Shown one piece after another: positions 35,896-45,151 of a DNA stretch of 64,000 nucleotides (its first letter is position 1; every line of letters starts with the position of its first letter). The notes under the pieces were generated by a model. It ran no database searches. It saw only the letters and a program-made list of their open reading frames with translations, and was not told where the DNA came from. Source of the stretch: Gammaproteobacteria bacterium Ga0077554 (lineage in GTDB: Bacteria > Pseudomonadota > Gammaproteobacteria > Ga0077554 > Ga007554); contig LNFF01000031.1 in assembly GCA_001464585.1 (NCBI GenBank), positions 67,148-131,147 on the forward strand, written 5' to 3'. Position numbers and translations under genes: made by a program.

Positions 35896-37527
35896 ATGAA
35901 TACTCGCAACCGCCCCGCGCGTAGCACAAGCTCATTAGCTGGAGTACGCCCCACCCCTTACGGGCTGGGGACGCCAAGCGGTGCCTTGCCCGGACGCCAG
36001 CCTGCCTATGCCTATCCGGCGCGGCAGCCAGTGCATACGGTGGCGAGCACAGCGAGCGCGATGGAACCCAACCCGGCCTGCACGATACAGAGCGGCCGTT
36101 TGTGTCGCCACCCATTGACGAACGACATTGAAAATCGGCGTTTGCTGGCGCATGAGCGAACCATTAAGGAACGCTTTGCCAATATCGTTCCGGTATTGAA
36201 GCGCATTGCTGGCTTACAGCATACGCCAGACTTTGTCGAGCAGGCGCAAGCCATTGCCGTTCAGGAGCTGGGCTTTTCGCTACGCACCTCGATTCTCGCG
36301 GATGCCTGGGCGACTGATCTTGATATGCGCGCCCTGTACGGCGAAAGTGTGCTGGGTACATTACGTTTACTGGCGGAGCAAACCCGCGCAGCAAATCCGA
36401 CTGAAACCGGGGAAGGAAACGTAGATGAGGCGATGTCATTTTTACTGGATTGTGGTTACCACGCCGTGGACATTTCGCCTTGCTCGGACGGGCGATTAAA
36501 AGGCTTGGCGCGTTACATTTTACGCCTGCCCGCCGCTGCGGTGCGCAGCCGCAAGTCGTATGCTGGCGCAATGTTTGATGTGGAGGCCAATGTAAAACGC
36601 TGGGTCGAAACCGAGTTGATGCGTTTTCGTGAAGGCCGCCCAGTCACCGCTGATGCCGGTACGCGTTATCTGAAGATGGTGGTATACCACACCAGCAGTT
36701 CTGATCCCGCGCACGAGGGTTGCGCCGCGCATGGCAGCAATGAAACCCAGGCGGCAGGAAAAGGGCTGGAGCGCTTGCGCGAGTTCCGCCAGGCGATTGA
36801 AAACAGTTTTTGTTGTGGTGCATCGGTGGATATGTTGCTGGTGGGTGTCGATACCGATACCGATGCAATCAAGGTACACATACCCGATGCTGACGGTGAG
36901 ATAAGTTTGTATCGCGCCGTGGATAACCTGAGCCTGTATCGCGAGACGGTCAACGATAGCGAAAACAGCGCGCGGCTCAAGGTGTATCAGGCGATTCAGG
37001 CGGCCAGCGCCAAAGAGGGCTGGGCCGGCGGCAACGGCGAACCTCATGAAGGTATGCGGCGTTTGATTGCCACGCTGTTGATTAACAACCTGTCGCAGAT
37101 CGAATATGTGTGCGGCAACTGGGGTGGACGTTACCCCGACATCGGGCATAACGAACGCTTTATCAGTGTCGGCGATGGCTTTGAAGAATTTCAGTTACGC
37201 AACCTGGCGTACTTCGCCCACCTGCATACAGTGGAAGAAGGCGCGCCGGATATGGATATCGGTATTAAAATTTTCAAAATGTTGAACGTGAGCCATGGCT
37301 TGCCGATCCCACTGGCAATTCACTTCCGCTACGACAGTCGCGTGCCGGGTAACCGTGAACGCACCGTGGAACGCTGCCAGCGCATCAAGGCAGCAATTGA
37401 ATCGCGCTATAGCGAGTTGGCGCGTCAAGGGCTATTAGTGAGCGGCATGACAGTACAGGATAAACAGCCTGGCAGCCCGATTGAATTGATCGGCACCAGT
37501 GGCACTGAAAGTTTTGCGGGGCACTGA
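35896..37527 (+). CDS. csoSCA: Carboxysome shell carbonic anhydrase CsoSCA (CsoS3)
   Basis: 543 aa, CSDGRLKG motif; position after csoS2. Confidence 0.85.
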   Translation: MNTRNRPARSTSSLAGVRPTPYGLGTPSGALPGRQPAYAYPARQPVHTVASTASAMEPNPACTIQSGRLCRHPLTNDIENRRLLAHERTIKERFANIVPVLKRIAGLQHTPDFVEQAQAIAVQELGFSLRTSILADAWATDLDMRALYGESVLGTLRLLAEQTRAANPTETGEGNVDEAMSFLLDCGYHAVDISPCSDGRLKGLARYILRLPAAAVRSRKSYAGAMFDVEANVKRWVETELMRFREGRPVTADAGTRYLKMVVYHTSSSDPAHEGCAAHGSNETQAAGKGLERLREFRQAIENSFCCGASVDMLLVGVDTDTDAIKVHIPDADGEISLYRAVDNLSLYRETVNDSENSARLKVYQAIQAASAKEGWAGGNGEPHEGMRRLIATLLINNLSQIEYVCGNWGGRYPDIGHNERFISVGDGFEEFQLRNLAYFAHLHTVEEGAPDMDIGIKIFKMLNVSHGLPIPLAIHFRYDSRVPGNRERTVERCQRIKAAIESRYSELARQGLLVSGMTVQDKQPGSPIELIGTSGTESFAGH

Positions 37528-37776
37528 ATGAAAATTTGTCAGGTGGAAAAAACCCTGGTTTCGACCAACCGGATTAAAGAGATGGGGCATCGCCCATTGC
37601 TGGTGGTGAAAGAAAAAGGTGGTACACGCAGCATCGCAGTAGATGCCGTGGGCTGCATCCCAGGCGACTGGGTGATTTGCGTAGGCTCATCTGCTGCACG
37701 CGAAGCCGCAGGCAGCAAGGAATATCCCAGCGACCTGACCATCGTCGGCATCATCGACCATTGGTCAGAAGACTGA
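37528..37776 (+). CDS. csoS4A: Carboxysome vertex protein CsoS4A (EutN/CcmL family)
   Basis: 82 aa, MKICQVEKTLVSTNRIKEMGHRPLLVV... Confidence 0.85.
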   Translation: MKICQVEKTLVSTNRIKEMGHRPLLVVKEKGGTRSIAVDAVGCIPGDWVICVGSSAAREAAGSKEYPSDLTIVGIIDHWSED

Positions 37777-37777
37777 C

Positions 37778-38041
37778 ATGGAGATTATGCAGGTGGTGTC
37801 AGATCTCGTAGCCACACGCCGGGTGCCCGGCCTGTATAGCGCCTCGTTGCGGGTAGTGCGTGACGCCAAGGGCAGGCTCAATGTAGCCACCGACCCGGTG
37901 GGTGTGCCTGAGGGTAAATGGGTGTTTACGCTGGCGGGATCACCCGCACGCTATGGCATGGGTAATTACAGGATTCTTACTGACCTAACCATCGGCGGCA
38001 TTATTGATGGATGGGATCCGGATACTGGGCGCACCGGGTAA
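37778..38041 (+). CDS. csoS4B: Carboxysome vertex protein CsoS4B (EutN/CcmL family)
   Basis: 87 aa paralog immediately after csoS4A. Confidence 0.85.
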   Translation: MEIMQVVSDLVATRRVPGLYSASLRVVRDAKGRLNVATDPVGVPEGKWVFTLAGSPARYGMGNYRILTDLTIGGIIDGWDPDTGRTG

Positions 38042-38118
38042 AAACGAAGTCGTGGTTGTTTGAGAAAACAGTTTTTATTAACGTAGCTTTATATTAACGT
38101 AAACTTAAGGAGTGCAAG

Positions 38119-38418
38119 ATGGCGATTGAAAGACAGGGTATTGCATTAGGCATGATCGAAACACGCGGCCTGGTACCGGCGATTGAAGCCGCAGACGCAA
38201 TGACCAAAGCAGCGGAAGTACGCCTGATTGGGCGTCAGTTTGTCGGTGGCGGTTATGTCACAGTGTTGGTACGTGGCGAAACCGGTGCGGTAAACGCCGC
38301 CGTGCGTGCCGGCGCAGATGCGTGTGAGCGCGTGGGTGATGGCCTGGTTGCAGCGCACATCATTGCCCGCGTACATAATGAAGTGGAAAACATTCTGCCG
38401 ACGCAAGTCTCGGCTTAA
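38119..38418 (+). CDS. csoS1: Carboxysome shell hexamer protein CsoS1 (BMC-H), copy 1
   Basis: 99 aa, [41 protein letters not shown]. Confidence 0.9.
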   Translation: MAIERQGIALGMIETRGLVPAIEAADAMTKAAEVRLIGRQFVGGGYVTVLVRGETGAVNAAVRAGADACERVGDGLVAAHIIARVHNEVENILPTQVSA

Positions 38419-38473
38419 AGGTGTATCGTTTAACAACGTTTAATAACTAAATGTAAAGAGAAGGAAATATATC

Positions 38474-38773
38474 ATGGCAAACACAGTAAGCGGTATTGCA
38501 TTAGGTATGATCGAAACACGCGGCCTGGTACCGGCGATTGAAGCCGCAGACGCAATGACCAAAGCAGCGGAAGTACGTCTGATTGGACGCCAGTTTGTCG
38601 GTGGCGGTTATGTCACCGTGTTGGTTCGCGGCGAGACCGGCGCGGTAAACGCCGCAGTACGTGCCGGTGCGGATGCGTGTGAGCGCGTCGGTGATGGCTT
38701 GGTTGCAGCGCACATCATTGCCCGCGTGCATAACGAAGTGGAAAACATTTTGCCGACGCAAATCTCGGTTTAA
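38474..38773 (+). CDS. csoS1: Carboxysome shell hexamer protein CsoS1 (BMC-H), copy 2
   Basis: 99 aa, near-identical to copy 1. Confidence 0.9.
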   Translation: MANTVSGIALGMIETRGLVPAIEAADAMTKAAEVRLIGRQFVGGGYVTVLVRGETGAVNAAVRAGADACERVGDGLVAAHIIARVHNEVENILPTQISV

Positions 38774-38856
38774 TATATCACCGGGTTCAGCCTCGGTTTA
38801 AAGAAGCGTCGTTTAATAACGCTTAACAATCAGATGAAAAGAGAAGGAAATATATC

Positions 38857-39186
38857 ATGGCAAACACAGTAGGTGGCGTTGCATTAGGTATGATCGAAAC
38901 ACGTGGCTTGGTACCGGCTATTGAAGCGGCAGACGCGATGACCAAAGCGGCAGAAGTACGTCTGGTAGGCCGCGAGTTTGTCGGTGGCGGTTATGTCACG
39001 GTATTGGTGCGCGGCGAAACCGGTGCGGTGAATGCAGCGGTACGTGCTGGTGCAGATGCATGTGAGCGTGTGGGTGATGGCTTGGTTGCGGCGCACATTA
39101 TTGCACGCGTACATAATGAAGTGGAAAACATTCTGCCGGCCAAGCCTGATACAGGCACCAGTGGGCGTGATGGGGATATCAGCTAA
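38857..39186 (+). CDS. csoS1: Carboxysome shell hexamer protein CsoS1 (BMC-H), copy 3 with a short C-terminal extension (CsoS1B-like)
   Basis: 109 aa; same core plus tail [15 protein letters not shown]. Confidence 0.9.
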   Translation: MANTVGGVALGMIETRGLVPAIEAADAMTKAAEVRLVGREFVGGGYVTVLVRGETGAVNAAVRAGADACERVGDGLVAAHIIARVHNEVENILPAKPDTGTSGRDGDIS

Positions 39187-39227
39187 GACCACGGTCTGAG
39201 CTGAACCCTCTACTGAAGAGTATAACC

Positions 39228-39662
39228 ATGCAAACAGATCCCCGTTTGGGCAGCTACCTGTCGCGCGCGCTCAGCCATGAAATGGCCGCCGTGCAACAGT
39301 ATTTACTGCAAGCCAAATTGACCAGCATGTGGGGCTTATCTGCCCAGAGCGCCCACTTTCGCCAGGATGTCAGCGGTGAGTTGGCACATGCTGAACGGCT
39401 GATGGAACGCATGTTGATTTTGGGTATTCCTTGTAATGCTACCCAATTACCTGCGGCCCGGCCCGGCAGGACGCTGGAGGAAATGCTGCACATTGATCGC
39501 CTTCTGGAAATTGAAGCGATTCGCCTTTATGAAGAGGCGGCGCTCTATTGTGGCAGACGCCAGGACGGTGAAACACAGGCCTTGATGCGCGCCATTATGG
39601 AAGATGAGTTAAGTCATCTCCAGGATCTTGATCAACAACTGTCAGCATTCCGCAAGGGGTAA
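39228..39662 (+). CDS. Bacterioferritin/ferritin-like protein of the carboxysome operon
   Basis: 144 aa four-helix ferritin-like pattern (EMAAVQQYLLQA...ELAHAERLMERM...EIEAIRLYEEAA...EDELSHLQ). Confidence 0.7.
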   Translation: MQTDPRLGSYLSRALSHEMAAVQQYLLQAKLTSMWGLSAQSAHFRQDVSGELAHAERLMERMLILGIPCNATQLPAARPGRTLEEMLHIDRLLEIEAIRLYEEAALYCGRRQDGETQALMRAIMEDELSHLQDLDQQLSAFRKG

Positions 39663-39666
39663 GATC

Positions 39667-39927
39667 ATGGCGCCAACCGACATAAAGACCACAGCACACA
39701 AGCCAGCATTACACTGGCGTTTTGATTTCGGCAGCTATGGTGAAGCACGGCGCTTCCTTGATCAACTCGCCGACTTGTCGAAGCGCGATAATTATTATCC
39801 CAATATTAATTTCGGCAAAACTTATGTCAATGTCAGCATTGACGCCGAAGGTCAAATGGAATTGGCCGAAAAAGAAGCCGCTTTCATCGATGAGATGAAA
39901 AAATACGCGGCACAAAGCCCGGCGTAA
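39667..39927 (+). CDS. Pterin-4a-carbinolamine dehydratase-like protein (carboxysome-operon RuBisCO assembly factor-like)
   Basis: PCD/DCoH-like HWRFDFGSYGEARRFLDQLADLSKRDNYYPNINFGKTYVNVSI. ATG at 39667 directly after the bfr-like stop. Confidence 0.65.
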   Translation: MAPTDIKTTAHKPALHWRFDFGSYGEARRFLDQLADLSKRDNYYPNINFGKTYVNVSIDAEGQMELAEKEAAFIDEMKKYAAQSPA

Positions 39928-39982
39928 TACGCGCCCCACATAGGTGGGGCACAGACAGGTCACCGAGGCGAATCGAGGCGAT

Positions 39983-40618
39983 ATGACTGACAGGGTAATC
40001 GCGGTAATCAACCAGAAAGGTGGCACTGGCAAAACCACGCTGGCACTCAATCTCGCCGCTGGTCTGGCGCGCCGCGCGGCCACAGCGATCGCCGACGCTG
40101 ATCCGCAGCGTTCTATCAGCCAATGGGTTGCGATGGGAGGGAATGAGGATGCATTGCCTCGTGTAACCCAGGTCGGCGACTCGGCAGCGGCGGCGATTTT
40201 CCACCTCAAGAAAAATCATCGCTACGTGGTGGTGGATTGCCCGCCCGCCGTGCAGGGCGCTGCCATTGAAGAGATCATGGCCTCAGCAGACCGGGTGTTA
40301 ATTCCGGTGTTGCCCTCGCCCCTCGATTTATGGGCAAGCGTGGAAATGGCGGCGCTGGTGAATGCGGCGCAGAAGAAAAATGGGGCATTGCAAGCCTGGC
40401 TGGTATTGAATCAGGTAGAAACGCGCAATGCCTTGTCGCGGGTCATGCAACAAGCGGTCGCTGAATTCGATGTGCCGCTACTGCAGGCAAGCATTCAACG
40501 GCGTGCGGCCTACCGTAGCGCCGCAGTCGAAGGTGTTAGCGTGTATGCGCTCGGCAGCCGTGGATTACAAGCGGTAGCGGATATCGAAGCAATTATTGAA
40601 GAGGTGTTACGTCAATGA
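39983..40618 (+). CDS. mcdA: ParA-family ATPase, McdA-like (carboxysome positioning)
   Basis: Deviant Walker A IAVINQKGGTGKTTLALNLAAGLA. Located in the alpha-carboxysome operon. Confidence 0.75.
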   Translation: MTDRVIAVINQKGGTGKTTLALNLAAGLARRAATAIADADPQRSISQWVAMGGNEDALPRVTQVGDSAAAAIFHLKKNHRYVVVDCPPAVQGAAIEEIMASADRVLIPVLPSPLDLWASVEMAALVNAAQKKNGALQAWLVLNQVETRNALSRVMQQAVAEFDVPLLQASIQRRAAYRSAAVEGVSVYALGSRGLQAVADIEAIIEEVLRQ

Positions 40619-40860
40619 AAAAGAAACTGGAATCCAAGCTCGCGCAAGGCGTGCGCCAGGTTAAATCCCAAACTAAGCCACAGGTTCAATCACAGCACGA
40701 ACAAGAGCCCGAAGCAACGTCTGCCAACTTGGCAACGCCGCGCGCCGCGCAGGGACGCGCAAGTGTCGCGGGCGCAGGAGCGACCGCCGCGCAGCCGCCA
40801 GCGGCGAATCCAGTGACGCGTTCAGATGATCTGCACCCGCAGCGGGTCTGGCCCGATTAA
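40615..40860 (+). CDS. Small low-complexity protein, McdB-like candidate (McdA partner)
   Basis: 81 aa, basic N-terminus, Q/A/P-rich disordered middle, Trp near the C-terminus (...LHPQRVWPD). Start overlaps the mcdA stop in an ATGA arrangement. Confidence 0.5.
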   Translation: MKKKLESKLAQGVRQVKSQTKPQVQSQHEQEPEATSANLATPRAAQGRASVAGAGATAAQPPAANPVTRSDDLHPQRVWPD

Positions 40861-40883
40861 ATTGCATTAAGAGGTTTGTAGAA

Positions 40884-41687
40884 ATGTCAGAAGGATTGGA
40901 ACAATACCGGGTTCGTAAAGAACCCTACTACCGTGCCGTGAGCGATGAGGTGGCATTGTACGAAGCCGCCTATTCGGTGCGTATGCCGATCATGCTAAAA
41001 GGCCCGACCGGGTGCGGCAAAACACGTTTCGTGGAATACATGGCGTGGAAACTTGGCAAGCCCTTGATCACTGTAGCGTGCAACGAAGACATGACCGCCT
41101 CTGATCTGGTGGGGCGTTTCCTGCTCGCTGCCAGTGGCACGCGCTGGCAGGATGGCCCGCTCGCACTGGCGGCACGGTATGGCGCGATCTGTTACCTGGA
41201 TGAAGTGGTGGAAGCGCGTCAGGACACTACGGTGGTGATTCATCCGCTCACGGATAATCGCCGTGTGTTGCCGCTGGAAAAAAAAGGCGAGCTGCTCAAC
41301 GCGCACGCCGATTTCCAGATTGTGATTTCGTATAACCCCGGCTATCAAAGCTTGATGAAAGACCTGAAGCAATCCACCAAACAACGCTTTGGCGCGCTGG
41401 ATTTTAATTACCCCGCGCACGATATCGAAACCGAAATCGTCGCCCACGAAACCGGCGTGAGCAGTGATGTCGCTGGCAAGCTGGTGAGCATCGCCGAACG
41501 TGCGCGTAATCTCAAAGGCCACGGTCTCGATGAAGGTATCTCGACGCGCATGTTGATCTATGCAGGTTCGCTGATCAACAAAGGTGTCGACCCTGTTGCG
41601 GCATGCCGCGTCACCCTGGTACGCCCCATTACTGATGACCCGGATATGCGCGATGCGCTGGATGCGGCTGTAACGACATTCTTTTAA
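40884..41687 (+). CDS. cbbQ: CbbQ, MoxR-type AAA+ ATPase RuBisCO activase subunit
   Basis: 267 aa, Walker [11 protein letters not shown]. Confidence 0.9.
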   Translation: MSEGLEQYRVRKEPYYRAVSDEVALYEAAYSVRMPIMLKGPTGCGKTRFVEYMAWKLGKPLITVACNEDMTASDLVGRFLLAASGTRWQDGPLALAARYGAICYLDEVVEARQDTTVVIHPLTDNRRVLPLEKKGELLNAHADFQIVISYNPGYQSLMKDLKQSTKQRFGALDFNYPAHDIETEIVAHETGVSSDVAGKLVSIAERARNLKGHGLDEGISTRMLIYAGSLINKGVDPVAACRVTLVRPITDDPDMRDALDAAVTTFF

Positions 41688-41707
41688 TCTGGCCATAGAT
41701 CAAGATA

Positions 41708-44053
41708 ATGGCGGTCGAACTCGAAAAATATCAGGACATCCTCGACGAACTTGGCGATCATGCGGGTGAAGTGCTGCGTGCCTCGTGGACCGAAGCGGCG
41801 CGGACCTTCACGCCGCGTGGCCTGGAAGCGTATCTGCAAGGTGCCGCCAGCCTGAAGTCTTTGGGTCGTGGCACGGATCTGGTAGTGAGCTTTATTCAAA
41901 GTGCCCCAGCGGTGGCGCACGAAATCGGCGAAGATGCTGTCAGTGATCTATTAAGCACCGCCATTAAGATGTATTCCAAGACCAGTGCCACGGTCATCTC
42001 CCTGATTTTCTCTTCCAGCCCGGTGGCTGCGGCGCGACTCGGTGATCTGGAATTATTTCGCGGTTATCTCCACCTCCTCGACACCTTAATGGCGCAAGCG
42101 CCGCGCGGCATACGCCCGATGCTGGATCAGCTCGGCACGCTGCTCGGACAATTGACGCTGGGCGGATTACGCCGCTGGGCGCTGTGGGGCGCGCACGCAC
42201 ATAAAACCGACTTCGATGCACAGCAACTTTATTTCAGCCTGCAAAGCCCGGAATCATTGGGCGTGCTGCAAAAAGAACGCAAAGGTACTTTATTCATTGA
42301 CGTACAGCGGCGCATCGGTATGTATTTGCGCGCGCTGTGGGCGCGCGATTTTTACATGCGCCCCACCAGTGGCGATTTTGAATCGCGCGAAGGTTATCGC
42401 CCCTACATCGAAGGCTTCATCATGCATTTGCCCGATGCTTATGATGATCACCCCCCAGGCGATGCCGGGGTAGAACAGCGTAGCGGACTGGAAGTATATC
42501 GCGCCGCTGCCGCACATGCCGCGTGCCATGTAGTTTACACCACCACACAGTTTGACAATGCAGGACTCTCCGCCTTGCAGATAGCACTGATCGGTCTGGT
42601 CGAAGATGCGCGGGTGGAGGCATTGGCCGTGCAGCGTTTCCCTGGCTTACAGCACATCTGGTTACCCTTACATACTGCAACGCCAGCAACCGGTGAATCA
42701 GCGGGCGCATTGATGGCGCGTCTGGCGCATGCCTGGCTGGATCCCGATTATCGTGACGATCACGCCTGGGTAACACTGGGTCGCCAATTATTTAACGAGC
42801 AACAGGCACAATTACAATCCACAGAAATATCGCGCGCGATTGGGCTGCAACTGAGCGCTGAACTATTAGAGATGGGGATAGTTTTTTCATCGGCAACCGA
42901 TGTGGCGGATATCCCCTATCGCGACGACAACCGCTATATGTGGGAGTTCGCTGATTTGCGCGAAGCGGGACAGGTCGTCGCAGGCGTGAATGTGCAGCAA
43001 GTACGTAAATATGCCAGCCTGATGGAAATGTTGAACACGCTGGACGTGCCTGGCGCGGGTGACGATGCCGGTGAAATCTGGGTGTTGCCTACGGAATTTT
43101 TCCACGACGAGGATCCGACGACCAGCATCAACCAGAAAGAAGGCCGCGAGCCACCGCCGCAACCTTATCATTACGCGGAATGGGATTACCAGATGCAACT
43201 GGAGCGACCCGATTGGTGTACCGTTCTCGAAAAACGTGCCCCGTCCGGCGATGTGGCGATCATCGAGGAGATCGTGGTCAAACACAAGCCGATTATCAGC
43301 CGCCTGAAATTCCTCATCGAAGGTATGCAGCCGCAAGGCGTACAGCGCATCCGCAAACAGGAAGATGGCGACGATATTGATTTGAATGCGGCGATTCGCG
43401 CCATGATCGAAATTCGCATGGGCGAGCAGCCCGATCCCCGTATCATGATGCGTAATGTGCGCAAGGTGCGTGACCTGTCGGTGCTATTGCTGATTGATCT
43501 CTCCGCATCCACCAATGACCCGGTGCGCGGTTCGGACAACACGGTGTTGCAACTGGCGCGTGAGGCGGCGGTGTTGCTGGCGGATGCGCTGAATAAAATC
43601 GGCGACCCGTTTGCCATTCACGGCTTCGACTCGAATGGCCGTCACGATATTGAGTATTTCCGTTTCAAGGATTTTGACGCGCCTTATGACGACAAGGCCA
43701 AAGCCCGGCTGGCGGGTATGCGCGGCGAACTCTCCACGCGCATGGGCGCGGCGATGCGTCATGCTGGCTCGTTCCTCAAGCGCCAGCCCAATCAGAAAAA
43801 ATTATTGCTGGTGGTGACCGATGGCGAACCGGCGGATAACGATGTACGCGATCCGCAGTATTTGCGCTTCGATGCCAAAAAATCCGTCGAAGAGTTGGCG
43901 CGCAATGGCATTACGACGTATTGCTTGAGCCTCGATCCCGGCGCTGACCAATATGTCTCGCGTATTTTCGGCGCGAAGAATTATATGGTGGTGGATCATG
44001 TGCAACGGCTGCCGGAAAAACTGCCGCTGCTCTATATGGGATTGACGCGATAA
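41708..44053 (+). CDS. cbbO: CbbO, von Willebrand factor A domain RuBisCO activase adaptor
   Basis: 781 aa, C-terminal VWA domain with MIDAS motif (LLLIDLSAST...DG). Follows cbbQ. Confidence 0.85.
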   Translation: MAVELEKYQDILDELGDHAGEVLRASWTEAARTFTPRGLEAYLQGAASLKSLGRGTDLVVSFIQSAPAVAHEIGEDAVSDLLSTAIKMYSKTSATVISLIFSSSPVAAARLGDLELFRGYLHLLDTLMAQAPRGIRPMLDQLGTLLGQLTLGGLRRWALWGAHAHKTDFDAQQLYFSLQSPESLGVLQKERKGTLFIDVQRRIGMYLRALWARDFYMRPTSGDFESREGYRPYIEGFIMHLPDAYDDHPPGDAGVEQRSGLEVYRAAAAHAACHVVYTTTQFDNAGLSALQIALIGLVEDARVEALAVQRFPGLQHIWLPLHTATPATGESAGALMARLAHAWLDPDYRDDHAWVTLGRQLFNEQQAQLQSTEISRAIGLQLSAELLEMGIVFSSATDVADIPYRDDNRYMWEFADLREAGQVVAGVNVQQVRKYASLMEMLNTLDVPGAGDDAGEIWVLPTEFFHDEDPTTSINQKEGREPPPQPYHYAEWDYQMQLERPDWCTVLEKRAPSGDVAIIEEIVVKHKPIISRLKFLIEGMQPQGVQRIRKQEDGDDIDLNAAIRAMIEIRMGEQPDPRIMMRNVRKVRDLSVLLLIDLSASTNDPVRGSDNTVLQLAREAAVLLADALNKIGDPFAIHGFDSNGRHDIEYFRFKDFDAPYDDKAKARLAGMRGELSTRMGAAMRHAGSFLKRQPNQKKLLLVVTDGEPADNDVRDPQYLRFDAKKSVEELARNGITTYCLSLDPGADQYVSRIFGAKNYMVVDHVQRLPEKLPLLYMGLTR

Positions 44054-44079
44054 ACTCTGCATTGCCTTAGGATTATAAG

Positions 44080-45033
44080 ATGCCTTTAATCAACATGAAC
44101 GATATGTTGCAGCACGCTTACCGTTACAACTATGCGGTTGGTGCATTTGGTGTTGCGGGCTGGGATATGCTGGGGGGTGTAGTGGAAGCGGCGGAAACCA
44201 TGCGCTCGCCTATCATTTTGAGTTTGTCAAAAGCCTATCCTGGCACGGAGAATATTGAACCACTGGCTCTGGCGGTAGTGAGTATGGCGCAGCGCGCCAG
44301 CATACCCATTGCATTTCAGGTGGAAGTGGAAGACGATCCCAACACCGTGGTGGAAGCCATCAAAACAGGTTGCGGCGGTGTGGTTTTTAATGCCTCTCAA
44401 CTCAACTTTCCTGACAATGTAGCGTTGACGAAGAAAGCGGTGGAATTGGCGGCGCCACGCGGTGTTATGGTGGTGGGCGAGCTGGCTAATCTCGACAATG
44501 GAGAAACGCCGGAATCAACAGCAGGCAGAGTGACCTCGCCCATCGAAGCCAAACATTATGTAGAACGCACCGGCGTCACTTGCCTGGCGGTATCCGTCAG
44601 CCGGATGGAGCGCGGCAGCGCTAAGCACGATTTCTCGCGTCTGGCGAAAATCAACCAGGCACTCAGTATCCCACTGGGTATTCATGGCGGCGGCGACCTG
44701 TCGGACGATCAATTCCGGCGCATGATCCAGTGCGGCGCGACTAAAATCAATTACAGCGCGCCACTGTTCGACGTGGTTGCAAAGCGCATTCGCCAGAATG
44801 CACGGACGCCCGACACTGGCTATGCAGAACTCGTGGAACAGACACGCGATGCGATTCGTATCGAGGTCGAACGCTGCATTCGCCTGTGGGGATGCGGTGG
44901 ACGGGCGGCGGAAGTTTTACAGCAAAGCCGTGCATGGCTACTCAATGCAACCAGCGAAACCGAAACAGCAGTGGGCGCTACGGCGCTGGGTGCCAGCAGC
45001 GCTTCATCCGTAGTTGCCAAGCGTCGTTTTTAG
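44080..45033 (+). CDS. Class II fructose-bisphosphate aldolase-family protein (CbbA-like) with apparently degenerate Zn/catalytic motifs
   Basis: N-terminus aligns by eye with Calvin-cycle CbbA (MPLINMNDMLQHAYRYNYAVGAFGV). Where CbbA has HQDHG this protein has FQVEVEDD. The GTSHGAYK His motif is not recognisable (AVSVSRMERG). IHGGGD is retained. Confidence 0.55.
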   Translation: MPLINMNDMLQHAYRYNYAVGAFGVAGWDMLGGVVEAAETMRSPIILSLSKAYPGTENIEPLALAVVSMAQRASIPIAFQVEVEDDPNTVVEAIKTGCGGVVFNASQLNFPDNVALTKKAVELAAPRGVMVVGELANLDNGETPESTAGRVTSPIEAKHYVERTGVTCLAVSVSRMERGSAKHDFSRLAKINQALSIPLGIHGGGDLSDDQFRRMIQCGATKINYSAPLFDVVAKRIRQNARTPDTGYAELVEQTRDAIRIEVERCIRLWGCGGRAAEVLQQSRAWLLNATSETETAVGATALGASSASSVVAKRRF

Positions 45034-45070
45034 ATAGGACTTACGCAAAATTTAAATGCCCGTTCGTGGT

Positions 45071-45119
45071 GAGCCTGTCGAACCACTCGCCCCGCATCCA
45101 GATGCCCTTCGACAGGCTC
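45071..45119. other. 12-bp-stem hairpin (gagcctgtcgaa...ttcgacaggctc) between the convergent aldolase-like gene and alaS
   Basis: Seen in sequence; 25-nt loop, no U-tract. Possible bidirectional terminator or REP-like element. Confidence 0.35.
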
Positions 45120-45151
45120 AGGGCGAACGGAGGTAGGGTGTTTTGCTAGAT

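Noticed and set aside
33677-36571. Multiple minus-strand and alternative-frame ORFs inside csoS2 and csoSCA
   Set aside because: They are antisense or out of frame to two strongly supported carboxysome genes, and are generated by GC-rich repetitive csoS2 sequence.
38119-39186. Periodic ~355-bp nucleotide repeats that could be mistaken for an array
   Set aside because: They are three paralogous csoS1 shell-protein genes, each with its own RBS. There are no short direct repeats or spacers, so this is not a CRISPR array.
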